DNA from: Amoebidium appalachense
Taxonomy: Eukaryota; Protista; Ichthyosporea
DNA length: 64,000 nucleotides
Assembly: GCA_963693365.1 (NCBI GenBank)
Contig: CAVNZM010000002.1
Location: 5,658,259-5,722,258, forward strand
Direction of reading: 5' to 3'
Shown here: in pieces, positions 39,377 through 54,489 of the stretch
Layout: each line of letters begins with the position of its first letter
Position numbering within the stretch: position 1 is the first letter of the stretch
Made by a program: the position numbers and the translations under genes
The notes under the pieces: model-generated
Told to the model about the DNA's origin: nothing
The model's input: only the letters and a program-made list of their open reading frames with translations
Database searches by the model: none

Positions 39377-40033
39377 ACTTTTTCTCTTCAGCAGTGGTCG
39401 TATTTTTAATCGTCACGTTCACCTTGCCAGCTGATCTGTCTGCCCCAAGCTGAATTCCGCACAAATGACCTTGCAAGACCTATGTGCACAAGGCCCCACC
39501 TTCCCCCCCCACTTTCCCCCCCTCCCCCTCCCCCCCCCCCCCCCCCCCCCCTCTCCCTCCCCCTCCCCCCCACCCCCCCCCCCCCCCATCTCCCCCCCCC
39601 CACCCTCTCCCCCCCCATTCCTTCCTCCTTCTCTCTCTCTCGAACTTTGCTTTCTCGAACTCCCCCCCCCACCCCTCCCCCCCCCCCCCCCAAAAAAAAA
39701 AAGAAAAAAAAAAAAGCCCTACCACAACAAAACGCACACACACACATACACATGCGCAGAAACTCACGCAAACACACACCCAAACACACACATACACACA
39801 CACACACACACACACATGCACACACGCACCGTGACACACACACACACGCCCACACACACGTAGGCGCGCACACACACGTAGGCGCGCACACACACGTAGG
39901 CGCGCACACACGCACACACGCACACACACACACACACACACGTGACGTGCGCACGCTCACATGCACGCGCGCTCACGTGTACGCCAGCACGCGTGCACAC
40001 GCACACACGCGACGCACCCGCGCGCACACACAC

Positions 40034-40079
<46 letters not shown>

Positions 40080-40129
40080 TCACACACACACACCTAGGTG
40101 CGCGCGCTCAAACACAAAGGTGTGTGCGC

Positions 40130-40246
<117 letters not shown>

Positions 40247-40613
40247 CACACACACCCGATAGATCTCATGACCCCCCCCCCCCTTCCCCACCCCACGCCA
40301 TACACAAGCTCACACACACATACAAAACCCAGACCCAGACCATGATAACCAGCTTATTTTGTGATGTGTGGAAGCCTTGTAAAAAAGTGACTGTGTGTGC
40401 AAAGTGGCTTGCACCTACCACATTCTTTATAGACCGAGGACACGGGAGTATGATGGTATATGTTGGAATGTGACAGTAGCATGGTCTAAATATGACAGGA
40501 ATATGAGAGGGGGGGGGTGAGAGAGAAGGAGGGTTGGGGAAGAGAGATGAAGAGAGAGGGGAGGTGAGCAGAGAGATATAGAGAGAGAGAGATTCGGGGT
40601 GGGGAAGAGAGAC

Positions 40614-40710
<97 letters not shown>

Positions 40711-40769
40711 GAGAGGGAGAGGGAGAGAGAGAGGGAGAGGGAGAGAGAGAGAGAGAGGAGGGGGGGGGG

Positions 40770-40821
<52 letters not shown>

Positions 40822-40854
40822 GTGTATCACAATGTGTGGGAGCGGGAGGTGTGT

Positions 40855-40885
<31 letters not shown>

Positions 40886-41194
40886 GGGGGAGAGGGAGGG
40901 GAGGGGGGAGGGGGGGGTGGAGAGGGGGGGGGGGGGGGGGGCGGGGGAGGTCCGATTTCTTTGGTGCTTAAAAATTTGCAGCACAAAAGGCATATATGCA
41001 CATGGGTTGAATCTGGAGGGGGACGTAGTGACAAAAAGTGGTCCGTGACCATATTCAGCTCACGCTGTGCTAGCAGTAACTGTTGAGTTCGGATCGCGGA
41101 CGTCTCAAGCATAGAATGCTCAAATTTGCGGAGGAAGGGTTTGTGAATGTTTGTAGGTACGTGCATTTGTGTGGATGTACAGTTTAAAAAGAGG

Positions 41195-41228
<34 letters not shown>

Positions 41229-41244
41229 AAGAAAAGTGTGTGTA

Positions 41245-41307
<63 letters not shown>

Positions 41308-42208
41308 GGGAGGGCATGACGGTCAAAAAACCCGGAAAAGCCTTTGTGACTTGAAATTGAAAATCTTAAATTTGTGACCCACTGCTGCAGCTGCCCACAC
41401 GTTGTTACATCTGGATCCCTGCCACTACATAGTGTTCCTGTGCTGGACCTGAGCTCACCGATTGCATTGCAAATCTGCCAGACTTCTGAGCAGCTAATAA
41501 TATTTCTTTTGACAGTTGAATAAGCTTGCTGAGTGCTAGTTACGGCACTGTTTGCACCTACGTATAGGGTCGTCGACTTCGGTATTAAATGCATGCAGCC
41601 GAAATAGGCATATGCAAGATGTGTCTTCAACTATTTGAGTATTACCGGTTTTTGCTTCTCCTTTGGAAAATGTTTACATGTCCCCACATCCCCCTTCTTT
41701 GTCCGGATTCATACGAGCAGCGAGGATGTGGGTGGTACCGGTGGGCACAGCTGTGGGGCCGGGGTAGCCTCTACGTATCTACGGATGTTTACACGTACGT
41801 GTGTGTGTGTGTGTGTGTATGCATTTGTGGATGGGTGGGTGGACGGGTGGGTGTGCTTCCATGAAGTGGATATGTATCCGTCCGTGTGTGTGCGCGCGCC
41901 GCGCAGGCTATTGCGTGTATATGCGTTTACATCCGACCTGGCCACTGGCATCCCCCTCTATTATCAAATGCAATGTCGAACTGCACGCGTGGTACGTGTT
42001 CACGCTGTCCAGACACACTTGTACACGCACACACGTGCATACGTGCACACACGCACACGTACACACACACACATACGCACACGTACATGCACAAACACAC
42101 ACACGAAAATACGCACATATGCACACACACTTGGCAAACACAGTTGCCACGACTGTTCATGTCCGACTGGGAGATCTGGATCTAATGGTTTGATGTATAT
42201 CAAACTAC

Positions 42209-42400
42209 CCAATCGAAAGTACGTCCAAAGTAGATTGGTTAGATACAAACCTGACATTACACATTAAAGAATGAACCTATTGGATAATAAGTCATGAACT
42301 AATAAACAAGCGATTCATTGCACCGATTGGCTGGCTAGGCTTCAGTCGGTTATAGCCATATATGGCAAAATGGCATCACACAGAGCAGTCGGGCCATTTT
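42209..42400. promoter_or_regulatory. CCAAT cluster and two YY1-like sites upstream of V-ATPase H
   Basis: CCAAT/ATTGG at 42209, 42234, 42279 and 42326; CAAAATGGC at 42366 and GCCATTTT at 42393. Confidence 0.5.
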
Positions 42401-42606
42401 TATCGAAGGCTCAACTTTTGAGCAAAAGCTGAAGCTGTGAGAAGAATTCGTTTTCCAGGCCTAGGGGTTCACTATAGGGGAGAAAGCTTGCGTTGGAGCC
42501 TGATTTAGGATATACATGTTCATAGTGTTATAGAATCATTCTGTACATGTCATTGTAGGTATAACTTCCGTACGTAGTTGGCTCCAGTGGGCAGGAAGTC
42601 GCAAAC

Positions 42607-44527
42607 ATGCCTCTCCCGGCCGTTGACGAAGAGACGAGGCTGGCCGCTGAGGCTATGGCCGCAGGTTAGAACTCATCCTGTGGGAAGTGTCTGGAGCTGT
42701 GTTCTTTAATATATAGGTCCTGGGCTTCAGGGAATTTTACAGTTAAAATCTTTTTTGTGGTCAGCAGTTGTGGCAGTTAAGAGCTACAAACGTTGTAAGA
42801 GCTCGGCAAGTGGGATTTTAGGAGAGGGAGACAAGGCTTGGACAATTCGAAGCAGCAGCGAGAATATGTATGGAGGGGGTCGTATATTGATGTGCGTTCG
42901 TGACTGCACGTATGCCTATGCGCGTATCTGTGTGCCCGTGCCTTCATTTGTGGGAACGTGTGTCTGAATATGTTCTTTTTTGTGGTGATTGCATGTGCAC
43001 GCATCAGTGTGTTTATTTGTATGAATCCGTTGCGTGCGTGTATGCATGCCGGGTGGTGCCTGTCCGATTGCGTAAATAATGTTGCCTGTCTGCATGAACG
43101 CTCTGCTGCCTATACTGCAGTTTGGGTGTGCATGTGCGTGTCCATGGTGCGGAGAGGGGTGGGGGAGGGCAGGGTGGAGGAATGGGGTTGGGGGAGGGGA
43201 AGGGGGGGGGGGGGGGAGGGGGGAGGGGGCACTTTTTTGGGACTGGATGGTATGGGCAGAATGAGCCTATGTGAGAAGCACAAAGGACGTAGTTACCTGG
43301 CATAATAATACTGTTAAACGAATCTTTACATAAGGCCCGATATGACACATACTCTTGCAGGCTCTTTCGAGGGTCAGACTGCATCTGTTCGGGCTCGTAA
43401 GATCCAGTGGGAGAGCTATGAAAGGTACACTCCTACCTCACAATTTCATGTTTATAAGAACCCCAGGCCCTTTCTGCTGTCTGTTATGTGCGGGACATGG
43501 TTAACTGTTTTTTGTCAGTAACTGTACTCAAGCGTGACATCAATAGCTTTACCCGATCCAACCCATTCCATCTACTTCTTTCTAAGGTAGATAGCAAAGA
43601 TCCATGAAGGGCAACCACCTAGTGTGTAGCCCCAAACACGCACTCAGAATGCCCCCCTCCCTGCCCCCCCCCCCCCCCCCCCCCCTTCTTTCTTTGTTTT
43701 TTTTTTTTTGTTTTTCTTGGATTACTCGGATATCTTATTTATTGTCCAAAATTAGGGTGCTTGCACTGATGCCTTCATCATAGAAGCACACACACACAAG
43801 AAGGTGCCGTCTATGCCTGTCTGTACCAAATTTTGACGAGATTTCCTTTGCATGCAGGGCCAAGCTGATTGAAAAGGTTGAGGCGGATATGATTGTCCAG
43901 TATGACAGAGACCCGGCCGGCCAAGGCAAACTCTTGGCAGAAAAGGCACCCCCCTCCCTCCCTCCCCCCCCCCTCCCCCCCCCCCCCCCCCCCCCCCCCA
44001 CTGCTTTTCTGCTTACCCCGTAGCAAGTTCATAGGTGTCAGTGTATGTACGTGCTCGTGTTAGCAGCACTTCTTCCATTAGGGAACAAAGGTTCAAAACA
44101 GACTATGTACGCTGTCAGACTACCAATATTTGGTCGCCGCCGGCTGAAATTGCTATGGCATGTGACGTGGATATGGAAGTATCTCAGTGTGGCGTCATTT
44201 CAGATTGAAAGTTTCCCGAACGTCTGTAGTCTGACAGGGTACGTAGTCTTTTTTGAACCGTTAGTCGTTGAAATCTTTACTTCATACCATGGCCTCTGAC
44301 CCCGACCCCAGCAACCCCCCTCCCCCCCCCTCCACCCCCCCCCTTCTCCTCTTATTACAGTATTATGTTTGGTTTGCACTTTGCATTGTGTTCTCCTTTA
44401 TGAATGTGTACTTCAAACTTTATAGCATAATCTACTGCTCATCACAATACAATTCACTAGTCCACACAGCCATAGTATCCCCCCTTTCTCTCTTTATTCT
44501 ACCCCCCCCCCCCCCCCCCTTCCTCCC

Positions 44528-44617
<90 letters not shown>

Positions 44618-44737
44618 CTGGGTCAAGTACCTTGTGCCCGGACATTTATTTTTATATCTGGTGTGATATTGTCGTGTTGTTTTGAAGTGCACAGGTTTAC
44701 TTTTCTTCTCTTTTGGTTCGTCCCCCCCCCCCCCCCC

Positions 44738-44769
<32 letters not shown>

Positions 44770-45281
44770 TTGGGGGGGGGGGGGGGGGGGTTCTCCTACA
44801 CCTTATAATGCATACCTTTCCCTCTTTTTAATGTTTGTGTTGTCTCAAGCATTACTACCTCGCCCCTTTCTAACCCTCTCCCCGCTTGCGGTTTCTCCCC
44901 GCCCAAGCTCCGTTTACCAAACAAACTTTCAGTCCCCTTCCCGATGGGAGTAATAGGACTAGCCATACCTCGTTTCTATATTGTGCTAAGTGTTTCGATC
45001 TGGACACGTGGTTCATTTTGCATGAATAGGGTGACCTGGGCTGAAATCCCACAATCCCAGATGCTTTCCAGGTTTTCTACTTTGTTCCTTCCTGTTTCCC
45101 TCTAGTTTCTGCTTTCTCCCACACCTGCACACAACACCATCCCTAACCGCATGTATTCTTTGTGCCCAGGGACGGGAGTATGCCAGCCTGTTCCTCTCAC
45201 TACTCACCAAGCTCAGTAACGATGAGGCCATCCAGTATCTTCTCACTATGATCGACGACCAACTCACTGCAGGTACAAACC

Positions 45282-45312
<31 letters not shown>

Positions 45313-45649
45313 ACACCAACACACACACATTCTATCCCCCCCCCCCCCCCCCCCCTTCCCCACCCTTCCCGTCCTCTCTCCACTTCCTCCCCCTTCCCTC
45401 CCTGCACCACCTTTTCCATATGTTCTTCACATTATCAAACACACACAACATCCCACTGCGATCACCAATACCCACACAGCCATATTACGCAAGGTTTATT
45501 TATTGATTGTTTTGGATCGAAGCCGGTGTGGTGGATAACCCATGTAAGACAACTGGCCAAGATTGATTGTACGTATGGCAACCATACGTGTAACATACCT
45601 CCTTTTATCCGTCCGATCTCTTTGGCCCCGTCAAATGCATCTCAGGCAG

Positions 45650-45685
<36 letters not shown>

Positions 45686-45886
45686 CGCCTCTCTGATGCC
45701 CCTAGGGGCTCCATCCTTGCAACCCCTTCCTAAGCTCAACCAACCTCTTCCTCTCCCTCCCTCTTCCCCCTTTCTCTCTGAAGACGGGCTCTGCATTATG
45801 ATGCCCACTGCGTGTGTGCCTTGAGCAAGTCTGCATTGTGTAATTCTTAGTAGATGTGTCCCTCATACTCGATAACACCATCTAAG

Positions 45887-45934
<48 letters not shown>

Positions 45935-47709
45935 TCCCCGTTTCCCCGATGCCCCTAGGGGCTTCATGTTTGGAATTCCTTCCCGTATTCAGCTAACCTC
46001 ACCTTCTCCCACACTTCACCCCCCCCCCCCCCCCCCCCCCTCCCCGTTTCCCCCCCTTTTCCCTTTTCAGACCCCCTTCGAGTGGGGCTCTTCCATGCTG
46101 TGGGTGCGTCAGACCCCTCCCTGCCCTACTCCGTGTTCCTGCACCTGATACTCAACAAGGACGATGCCTACATCCAGAACAAGGCCGTAAAGATTCTCTC
46201 AGCACTGGTTCTGACTGGTATGTGTGTGTGTGTGTTGTGAAAGTGCAGTGGGTGATGTGGTGTGCGGGTAGTGCTAATGATCGTGCGCGTTCGGTGTTAT
46301 GCATTTATTTTGGGATGGTGTTTGGATGTTTGTGACAAGTCTGTTTGTGTTTGTGCTCTTGTGTGTTTGATGTAATTTTTTTTTCGGGGGTTGCTTGTGA
46401 ATCTTTCACGGCTGGTGGACAAGAGTAAAACGAAAATATATCTTGATGTCAAAAGTGGCGGCAGCGGCCAGAGGGGGAGAGGTGGGAGGACCAGGGGTCC
46501 CCGGAGGGGGAGGGGGGGGGGGGGGGGGGGGAGGGGGAGGGGGGGAGGGAAGGGGGTGAGTCCAAAAGCTCTGTGCCTTTTTGAGAGGGGGGGGGGGGGG
46601 GGGGGGGGGTGTCCAAAAGCTTTGTGCCTTTTTTGCTGGGTGGAAGAGATAGAAGATTGGGAGGCTTAGTTTTTCCGCATATGTCAGTTTGTTATGTGCT
46701 TAGTGCTGCACTCTTTTTCTGGATTTGTTTTTGGTTCACGGACATGCAAGTTATTACAGGCGTTCATGCCATGTATGGGCCCTTAGATGTGTGTAAATGT
46801 GCTTGCATGCACGTGTGTTTGCGTGCATTTGCTAAATATCCATGTGTCCGATTACCGATGTTTTCCTCCTTCTTCCTTAGGGCGGCAGCTAGACAGCCAG
46901 AGCTGTGAGCAGTACATGAAGTGGCTGGCAGCCCAGCTCAAGAAGGGCGACCCAAACACTATCCAGGTGTGTGTGTGGTTTGCTTTTTCAAACAACACTG
47001 AAGAAGATGGGGTTGGGGCCGTTTTTTCCCCCCGAAGGTGGGAGAAGGTGGGGAGGAAGCGGAAGATGGGAGTGGGAAAGGGGTTTGTGTGTGTGGGGGG
47101 GGGAGGGGGGGGGGGAGGCAGGGGGGGGGGGGGGCGAGGGGCCGATGGGTGGGGTGGGTATGGAGGGAGGGAGGGGGGGGGGGGGGGGGGGGGGCAACAA
47201 AACTAGAGAAACAGAGTGCTTCGGGCAATAGATGGTGTTGCGAGGCGTAGGAGCTCGGAGATGGGTACAACAGCATGTACCAAATAAGGACACATCCGAG
47301 TGTGGTTTTATGGGTCATAAAGGTTACTGGGTGGGTGTTTGGTAGGGGCGTGTGGGTGGGTGTGGGTGTGACTGAGTGTGGGGTCGTGGCCGGCAGGGGG
47401 GGGGGGGGGGGAGGGGGGAGGGGGGGAGGGGGGATGTGAGTGGGTAGATGGGGGCAGGTTTTGTCTCGGGGCATGTCGCTTTTTGTTGGTGTGGTTGGTG
47501 TTTGTGCGTAGGCACAGCTACACAGATTCACACGAGATGCACACATTCACGCACAAGCAGATGCATTCATGCACACACACGCATACCTGCACACACACAT
47601 AGACAAAGTTGCCCCCTCCCTCCCCCCCTCCCCTCCCCCCCCCCCCTCCCCCCTTCCCACACGCACACATACACACAAGCACACACTCAACGCACACACA
47701 CACACACAA

Positions 47710-47766
<57 letters not shown>

Positions 47767-47779
47767 CACGCACACACAG

Positions 47780-47816
<37 letters not shown>

Positions 47817-47843
47817 GCACACACACACAGACACACAAGCACA

Positions 47844-47881
<38 letters not shown>

Positions 47882-48051
47882 CACCACCTTCCATCAGACG
47901 CTGATGCGGCACTCCCTGATGGAGCTGCTGCGCCAGGACTATTACCGCCAGGAGTTTTACAACACAGCCAACGGCGTGGATGCGTATGTGACCCCCCCCC
48001 CCCCCCCCCCGGCCCCACACACACACACCCCACCGTGTTGTGCATTCCAAG

Positions 48052-48082
<31 letters not shown>

Positions 48083-48472
48083 ATACTTTGTGTGCGCTTT
48101 GTAACATTTGCATTGTAATCTCCATAGCGAGTATGAAAAGTGTTTTACATATTGTCATCTTCCCCCTGCCCCCCCCCCCCCCCCCCCCCCCCATTTTTTC
48201 CAAACTGCTCGCTCGCTGCTGCAAAGTTTCCTCTTTTCACTGCTTTTACTTGTTACCTCTGCTCGAATAAGTACTTCTCGTCTGTGATCATTTTTTAAGA
48301 TGGGTGGGTGACCCACCCATATGTAAGTGAAGCAGTGTGCCGAGGGCCGAGGTGATGTGACATGCAAGGTGAATGGGTTACAAGACTTGGGTGTACTGTA
48401 GGTGATTTAACCCCACCCTAAGGATGAGATCTATTTTTATGTATACTCTTTGTGTGTTCCGTTTTTCAAGTT

Positions 48473-48522
<50 letters not shown>

Positions 48523-50231
48523 ACCTCCCCCGTTCCCTTATGATGCACACTCTTTGCATGTGCTCTTCGCTCCAAAATCTGCAATGTGTTATCCGTGTGA
48601 TCCGTGTTATCCGTGTTATCCTTCGTGAAGTCGTAATTCGTACTCTGTAACCCGTTCTAACCCTCCCTTCTAGGCTGTGTGATCTTGTTACTGCACGGGC
48701 AGCCAACTTCCAGATGCAGTACCAGGTGGTGTTCTGCCTGTGGTGCCTGTCCTTCAACCACGACATTGCCGCTAACCTCAGCAAGTACGTTTTTGGTTTT
48801 CTTTCTTTTTTTCTTGCTTTCTTTCTTTTTTTGAGGTGCGTGTGCGTGTGTGTGTATGTGGGGGTGGGGAGGGGGGGGGGGAGAAGGGTAGGGGGTTGGA
48901 GGGGCGGGAGGATAAGGGCTTTGGATTGGTGCCGGCCCCCTATGAGAGCTATTTTATTAACATGAGCCATTGCACAGCATTCCAGCCCATGACTTTTCTG
49001 GTTTCACATGTACATGTCTAAAGCTTGCTAATGATTGATGATTTGGTGCGCTTCACCTGTCATGTGTCTGCCTGTATGTCGACTTTCTTCTTTTTCCTTT
49101 GGTCGTTCTGTTTGTGGTTTTTCTTATGTTGTATTATTGGGGGGTTAATTGATGGCACGTACGGAACATAAGTGGGGATGGGCTGTACCAATGCTGCATG
49201 CTCCCTTTCTCTATTTCCGATGTATTCGAAGCAGTGCACTGTGTATTTGTTGTATACCTAGTCCCTTTAATTGTGTACTGCATGTTAACAGCCCCATATC
49301 CATTCCTCACCTATTTCCGTCCCTTCCACCACCGCTGGGCCTGCATTGACTAACGAACATACACACACTCACGCGCACACATCCACGTGCTTATTCTCTC
49401 TCTCTCTCTGACACACACACACACACTGACACACACACACCACACACACACAACGCACACACACACACACACATACACACACACACGACACACATGTACA
49501 ACACACACACACAACACACACGCACGCGCGCGCACACACACGCTCACACACACACAACGCACACACACACACACACACACACAGGTACCACGTGCAGCGG
49601 GTGGTTGCGCAGATTCTTGCCAAGACCAGCAAGGAAAAGGTCGTGCGTGTGGCATGCTCTACCCTCAAGGTGAGTTTTTCATTCTTTTTTTTCTTCTTTC
49701 TTTTTTCTCGTTTTTTTTTTGGGGGGAGGGGGGGGAGGGGGGGGGGGGGGGTCCGGATATATATGTAGGAAGTGATCCTGATCAGATGAGATAGAAAAGC
49801 CATAAGCATAGGGCCGTAGAGAAGTATGGGGGGCCATGGGTGGGAGGCAGGCAAAGAAAACTGCAGACGATGGGGAACGGGGGGGAGGGGGGAGGGGGGA
49901 GGGGGGAGCGGGAAGAGGAGGAGGTGGAGGTAGGGGGAAAGGAGGCAAGGGGATGAGTGAAAGAAGAAAGGTGGACATCAAACAGATGATGCGAGGTGGC
50001 AGGTGGCAACATGTGTATAGGTGTGGCCGTGAGTAGTGTGTAGTGTGGGTGTGGGTGTGTGGAAGGGGGGGGAGGGGGGGGGGGGGGGGGGGGGGGGAGG
50101 GGATATAGGAGTCACGGAATGTATCTCCTGTTAACGATGCATAGTGGGACTAAGCCAACTACGGAGGCCATGATAGTGCTTCCAATCTTCTTTTTTTTGT
50201 TCTTTCTTATCCTTCTCCGTCTTCGTCTTTT

Positions 50232-50263
<32 letters not shown>

Positions 50264-50303
50264 CCTTTCTTTTTTGTGTGTGGGTGATGGTGGTGGTGGT
50301 GGT

Positions 50304-50347
<44 letters not shown>

Positions 50348-50708
50348 GAGGGGAGATGTCATCGATTGTAGTGCGCATGGCAGTGCATTTGGCATACATA
50401 ACATTTAATTACAGGACATGTCTTCCTCTCTTCTCCCGTCTCCTCTTCTACTCTTTCCCCCCCCCATTTCTTTTCCAGCCCTTCTGACCCAATGCCCCCA
50501 CAGAATCTGCTGACACAGCCTGACCGACCGACCACTAATGCCGAGCTGATGATTTCAAACGGCCTTCTAAAAACCCTCCGCTCATTACAGGTGGGCTTAC
50601 CCCCCAACCCCGCCTTTCCCCGGTTTTCCGAACACCACCACCACAATTTACTCGCTTGCCGTGCGTGAGGAGAGTTACGGTGGGTGGGTGGGTGTTTTTT
50701 TTTTTTGT

Positions 50709-50739
<31 letters not shown>

Positions 50740-50878
50740 TAAATGGTCAGTGACTTCTTTCTTACTTGTCAATGCTATTTGCACATATCAGCAGCCGATA
50801 GGTTCAATATGCAAAGGGAACGGGTAGGTTCATTAGAGGTCAATGGAGTCGACCTTAACTTTAGTGGATGTTTTTTTT

Positions 50879-50946
<68 letters not shown>

Positions 50947-51083
50947 ATTCTTTTTGGAGGTGTCTCTCTCTCTCTCCCTCCCTCTCTTGGGGGACTACCA
51001 TTGTCCCAGTCCAGCCAGATCACCGTTTCCCCCTGATGGACTTTGGTACATAATTGGTCTGAGCCTTTGTCCCAAACTTCCTC

Positions 51084-51114
<31 letters not shown>

Positions 51115-51126
51115 AAAAAAACTCGG

Positions 51127-51220
<94 letters not shown>

Positions 51221-52794
51221 ACACACACACAGAACAAGAACTGGAAGGACGAGGACCTTCAGGAGGACCTTAAGATGCTGGTCGAGAAGCTGGACGAGTG
51301 TGTCCAGGATATGAGGTGTGTGGTTTAATGCATTTATCTCTTTATCTATTCTTCTGGCGTCAATTTATCTATTTTCTCACTACCTACGGCTCTATTAATT
51401 CTTTGTCCGTTTACATGTAGTGGTTGGTTTGTTTGTTTGTACGTTTTTTATTTTTTATTTATGGTGTTGTTATTTATTCTCTTTTTGAATGAATAATAAA
51501 TGCAGGGACGAAAGGGGGAGGGGGGGGGGGGGGATAGGTCCTGACTGGGCGTTCTTTTCCCTTGGTCTTTTTAGGGGTATGAGGCTAGGTGTGTCTTGTG
51601 GTGTAGATATGCAGCAGCATACCATAGTAAATACTCCACTCACGTCTGTGCATGCAGCTCGTACGATGAGTATGTTGCAGAGATCAAGAGTGGGGACATC
51701 AAGTGGAGTGCCGTGCACAAGTCGGAGGGTTTCTGGAGGGAAAACATCATGCGCTTTAACGACGATAACAGGGAGATGCTCAGGTGTGCATGCCCACACA
51801 AACACACACAAGCACAAGGCCACACACATGCACACACGTGCGCGCGCGTGGGCGCGGCCCCGCGCGTGCACACACACACATGCATGCATACTTCCGCGCA
51901 TGTACACACATGCACGCACATGCACACACTCGTTCGCTGACACACAGACACACATACACACGCCCATTACACACGTGCACACACATGCACACACTCACTC
52001 GCTCGCTGAGTCTGACACACACATACACACACACACACACACACACATGCCTGCACACGCACACGTACACACACACGTGCACACACACACGTGCACACAC
52101 GCACACACACACCACCCATACCCACATGCACGAGTACATACACAGATATACACACGCATACTTTTGAGTACACAACAGGGACATGAAGGTAGCAAGCACG
52201 AGTGTTCGCATGAGGCATGTGGATGCCAACACAAACACCCAACATAAGGCGTGTCAGACCCACACTCACACGTACACATCCTATCTCCCCCTCTTGATTT
52301 ATGGTTAGACAACAAGTGGTGTTGTGCTCCAACACACCTGAGTAGCAGTCGATGTCTTTTGTTGTAACATCACGCACCATTCACCATACTTCAACCGTAC
52401 CGAATTCCGGTATATTGAACCGGGCATCCACACCAAAATTTGGTATTTCTGACTGGGCAACCACATAGAATTTGGGAACGTGTAACCAGACAACCACACC
52501 AAAATTCGGTGTATCTAATCGGTTATCTCCCCATGATGTTGATTGCGTAGCTAGAGGAGAGCCTTAATCCCGGATTTTTGTTTTATCTACACGAACACCA
52601 TACCAAGCCTCGGGTACAACTGTTCTCTGATATATTAGTCCGAAGTTTCGGCATATCTAACATGTTATCTCGACAGGTTGCTGATTGCACAGCTAGAGGA
52701 GAGCCATGACCCTGTTGTCCTAGCTGTGTGTTCCCACGACCTTGGAGAGTATGTGCGCCACTACCAGCGCGGTCGTGGGTATGTCCACATATAC

Positions 52795-52843
<49 letters not shown>

Positions 52844-53039
52844 CACACACACACCCCTACACATCCACCTAATTGATTGGGGTTCGTCGACGAGGTGAAT
52901 GGTCTTAAACTCGGGTACTGTAGGTGACGTGTGCTTCCTGAGAGGATGGGCTTTGCTTATTATGTGTGATCTGCAGTCTTGTGTTGTGTTGTCCATTGTA
53001 GAATACGTACTTCGGTTTCTATAACACATCCCCCCCCCC

Positions 53040-53070
<31 letters not shown>

Positions 53071-53215
53071 ACACACACGCACACACTGTTGGTTTTTTTT
53101 TTTACACTAGCGTTTTTTTTGTTTTGTTTTTTTGTTTTTTTTTTGCTTTTTGTCGTGAATGTATGCCTCATACTTCGTAACACAGATTAAACCCCCACAC
53201 TCCATAACACATAAT

Positions 53216-53248
<33 letters not shown>

Positions 53249-53461
53249 CCCCCAGGGAACTCTGAAACGCATTATTACCCCCCCTCCCCCCTCCTCCCCC
53301 ACCCTCTTACACAATTACTGTAATACATTTCTAACGTCTACCCCACCCCTCTCCTCATCCCCATGCACACTCACACACTCTCTCCTCTAGCATGTTTCTA
53401 TCCCCCCCCCCCCCCCCCCCCCCCTCCCCCCTCCCCCCCCAACACACACACACACAACACA

Positions 53462-53514
<53 letters not shown>

Positions 53515-54430
53515 CACGTGGAGGAGCTAGGGGGCAAGAAGGCGCTGATCAGCCTGATGCAGCACGGAGACAGCAGTGTGCGCTATGAGGCCCTCGTGGC
53601 CATCCAGAAGATGATGGTCCAGAACTGGTGCGTGACGTTATTGATGCCAGATTGCAATGGATGGGGCTGAAACCACTGACGGTAGATTGAAATGGTGTAA
53701 AAACGAGCCGCTTCGCGTTGATCTAAATATCTAAATATCTAGATTGTTAAATTTACGTATAAAACTTCCGCAATCCGATCGATCTGTTAAAATTTTAAAG
53801 TTTGCGTAAAATCTAGATTGATTTCGACCCTCTTCCAGATGGGCGCATCTGGAAGAGGGGGGGGGGGGGGGGGGTCTTCCAGATGTCTAGGATGAGACGA
53901 TTGGTCCTTGGAACTCGACTGAAGATTTCTTATCCAATAGAATTGCGATCTACGATCTAGATAGTTCAGTTTCTAAACTGCTTTACGCGAATCGAGCAGA
54001 CTTTTAGATATTTAGAGAACGGCATTGGTTCTCTAAATTCGCCGAGTATTTAGATATATAAATCAACGCGAAGCGACTCAATCATTGATGTCAGATTGAA
54101 ACGGGTGTTTGTGAGGTCATTGTCGGTGTAGTGAAATGGGCGGAAGGGTGTAAAGTGAAATTATTTACGGCAGAATGAAATGGGTGGTGGTGATATTAGT
54201 GACTGCGGATTGAAATGGGTGGTGGTGTGTAATTCGGCAGTGCAACTGTAAAAACATCGGGGCAGGGAACTGAATGTGTTTTTGCATGATATAGCGGCAC
54301 TATGCATGCCAGATGCAAAGCGTGTAGTCATTACTGCGGTATGGTACATTTTATTTTGATATAAGCCATGATTATGCGTCAAACAAGAGGGTTATGCACA
54401 CCACAAAAGACATTAGCACACACACACCAC

Positions 54431-54489
<59 letters not shown>

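Noticed and set aside
41030-41630. Minus-strand non-repetitive ORF pieces divergent from the ATP6V1H promoter (also 38480-38580 and 6778-6890)
   Set aside because: No recognisable motifs and no phase-consistent exon chain; could be non-coding transcript exons.
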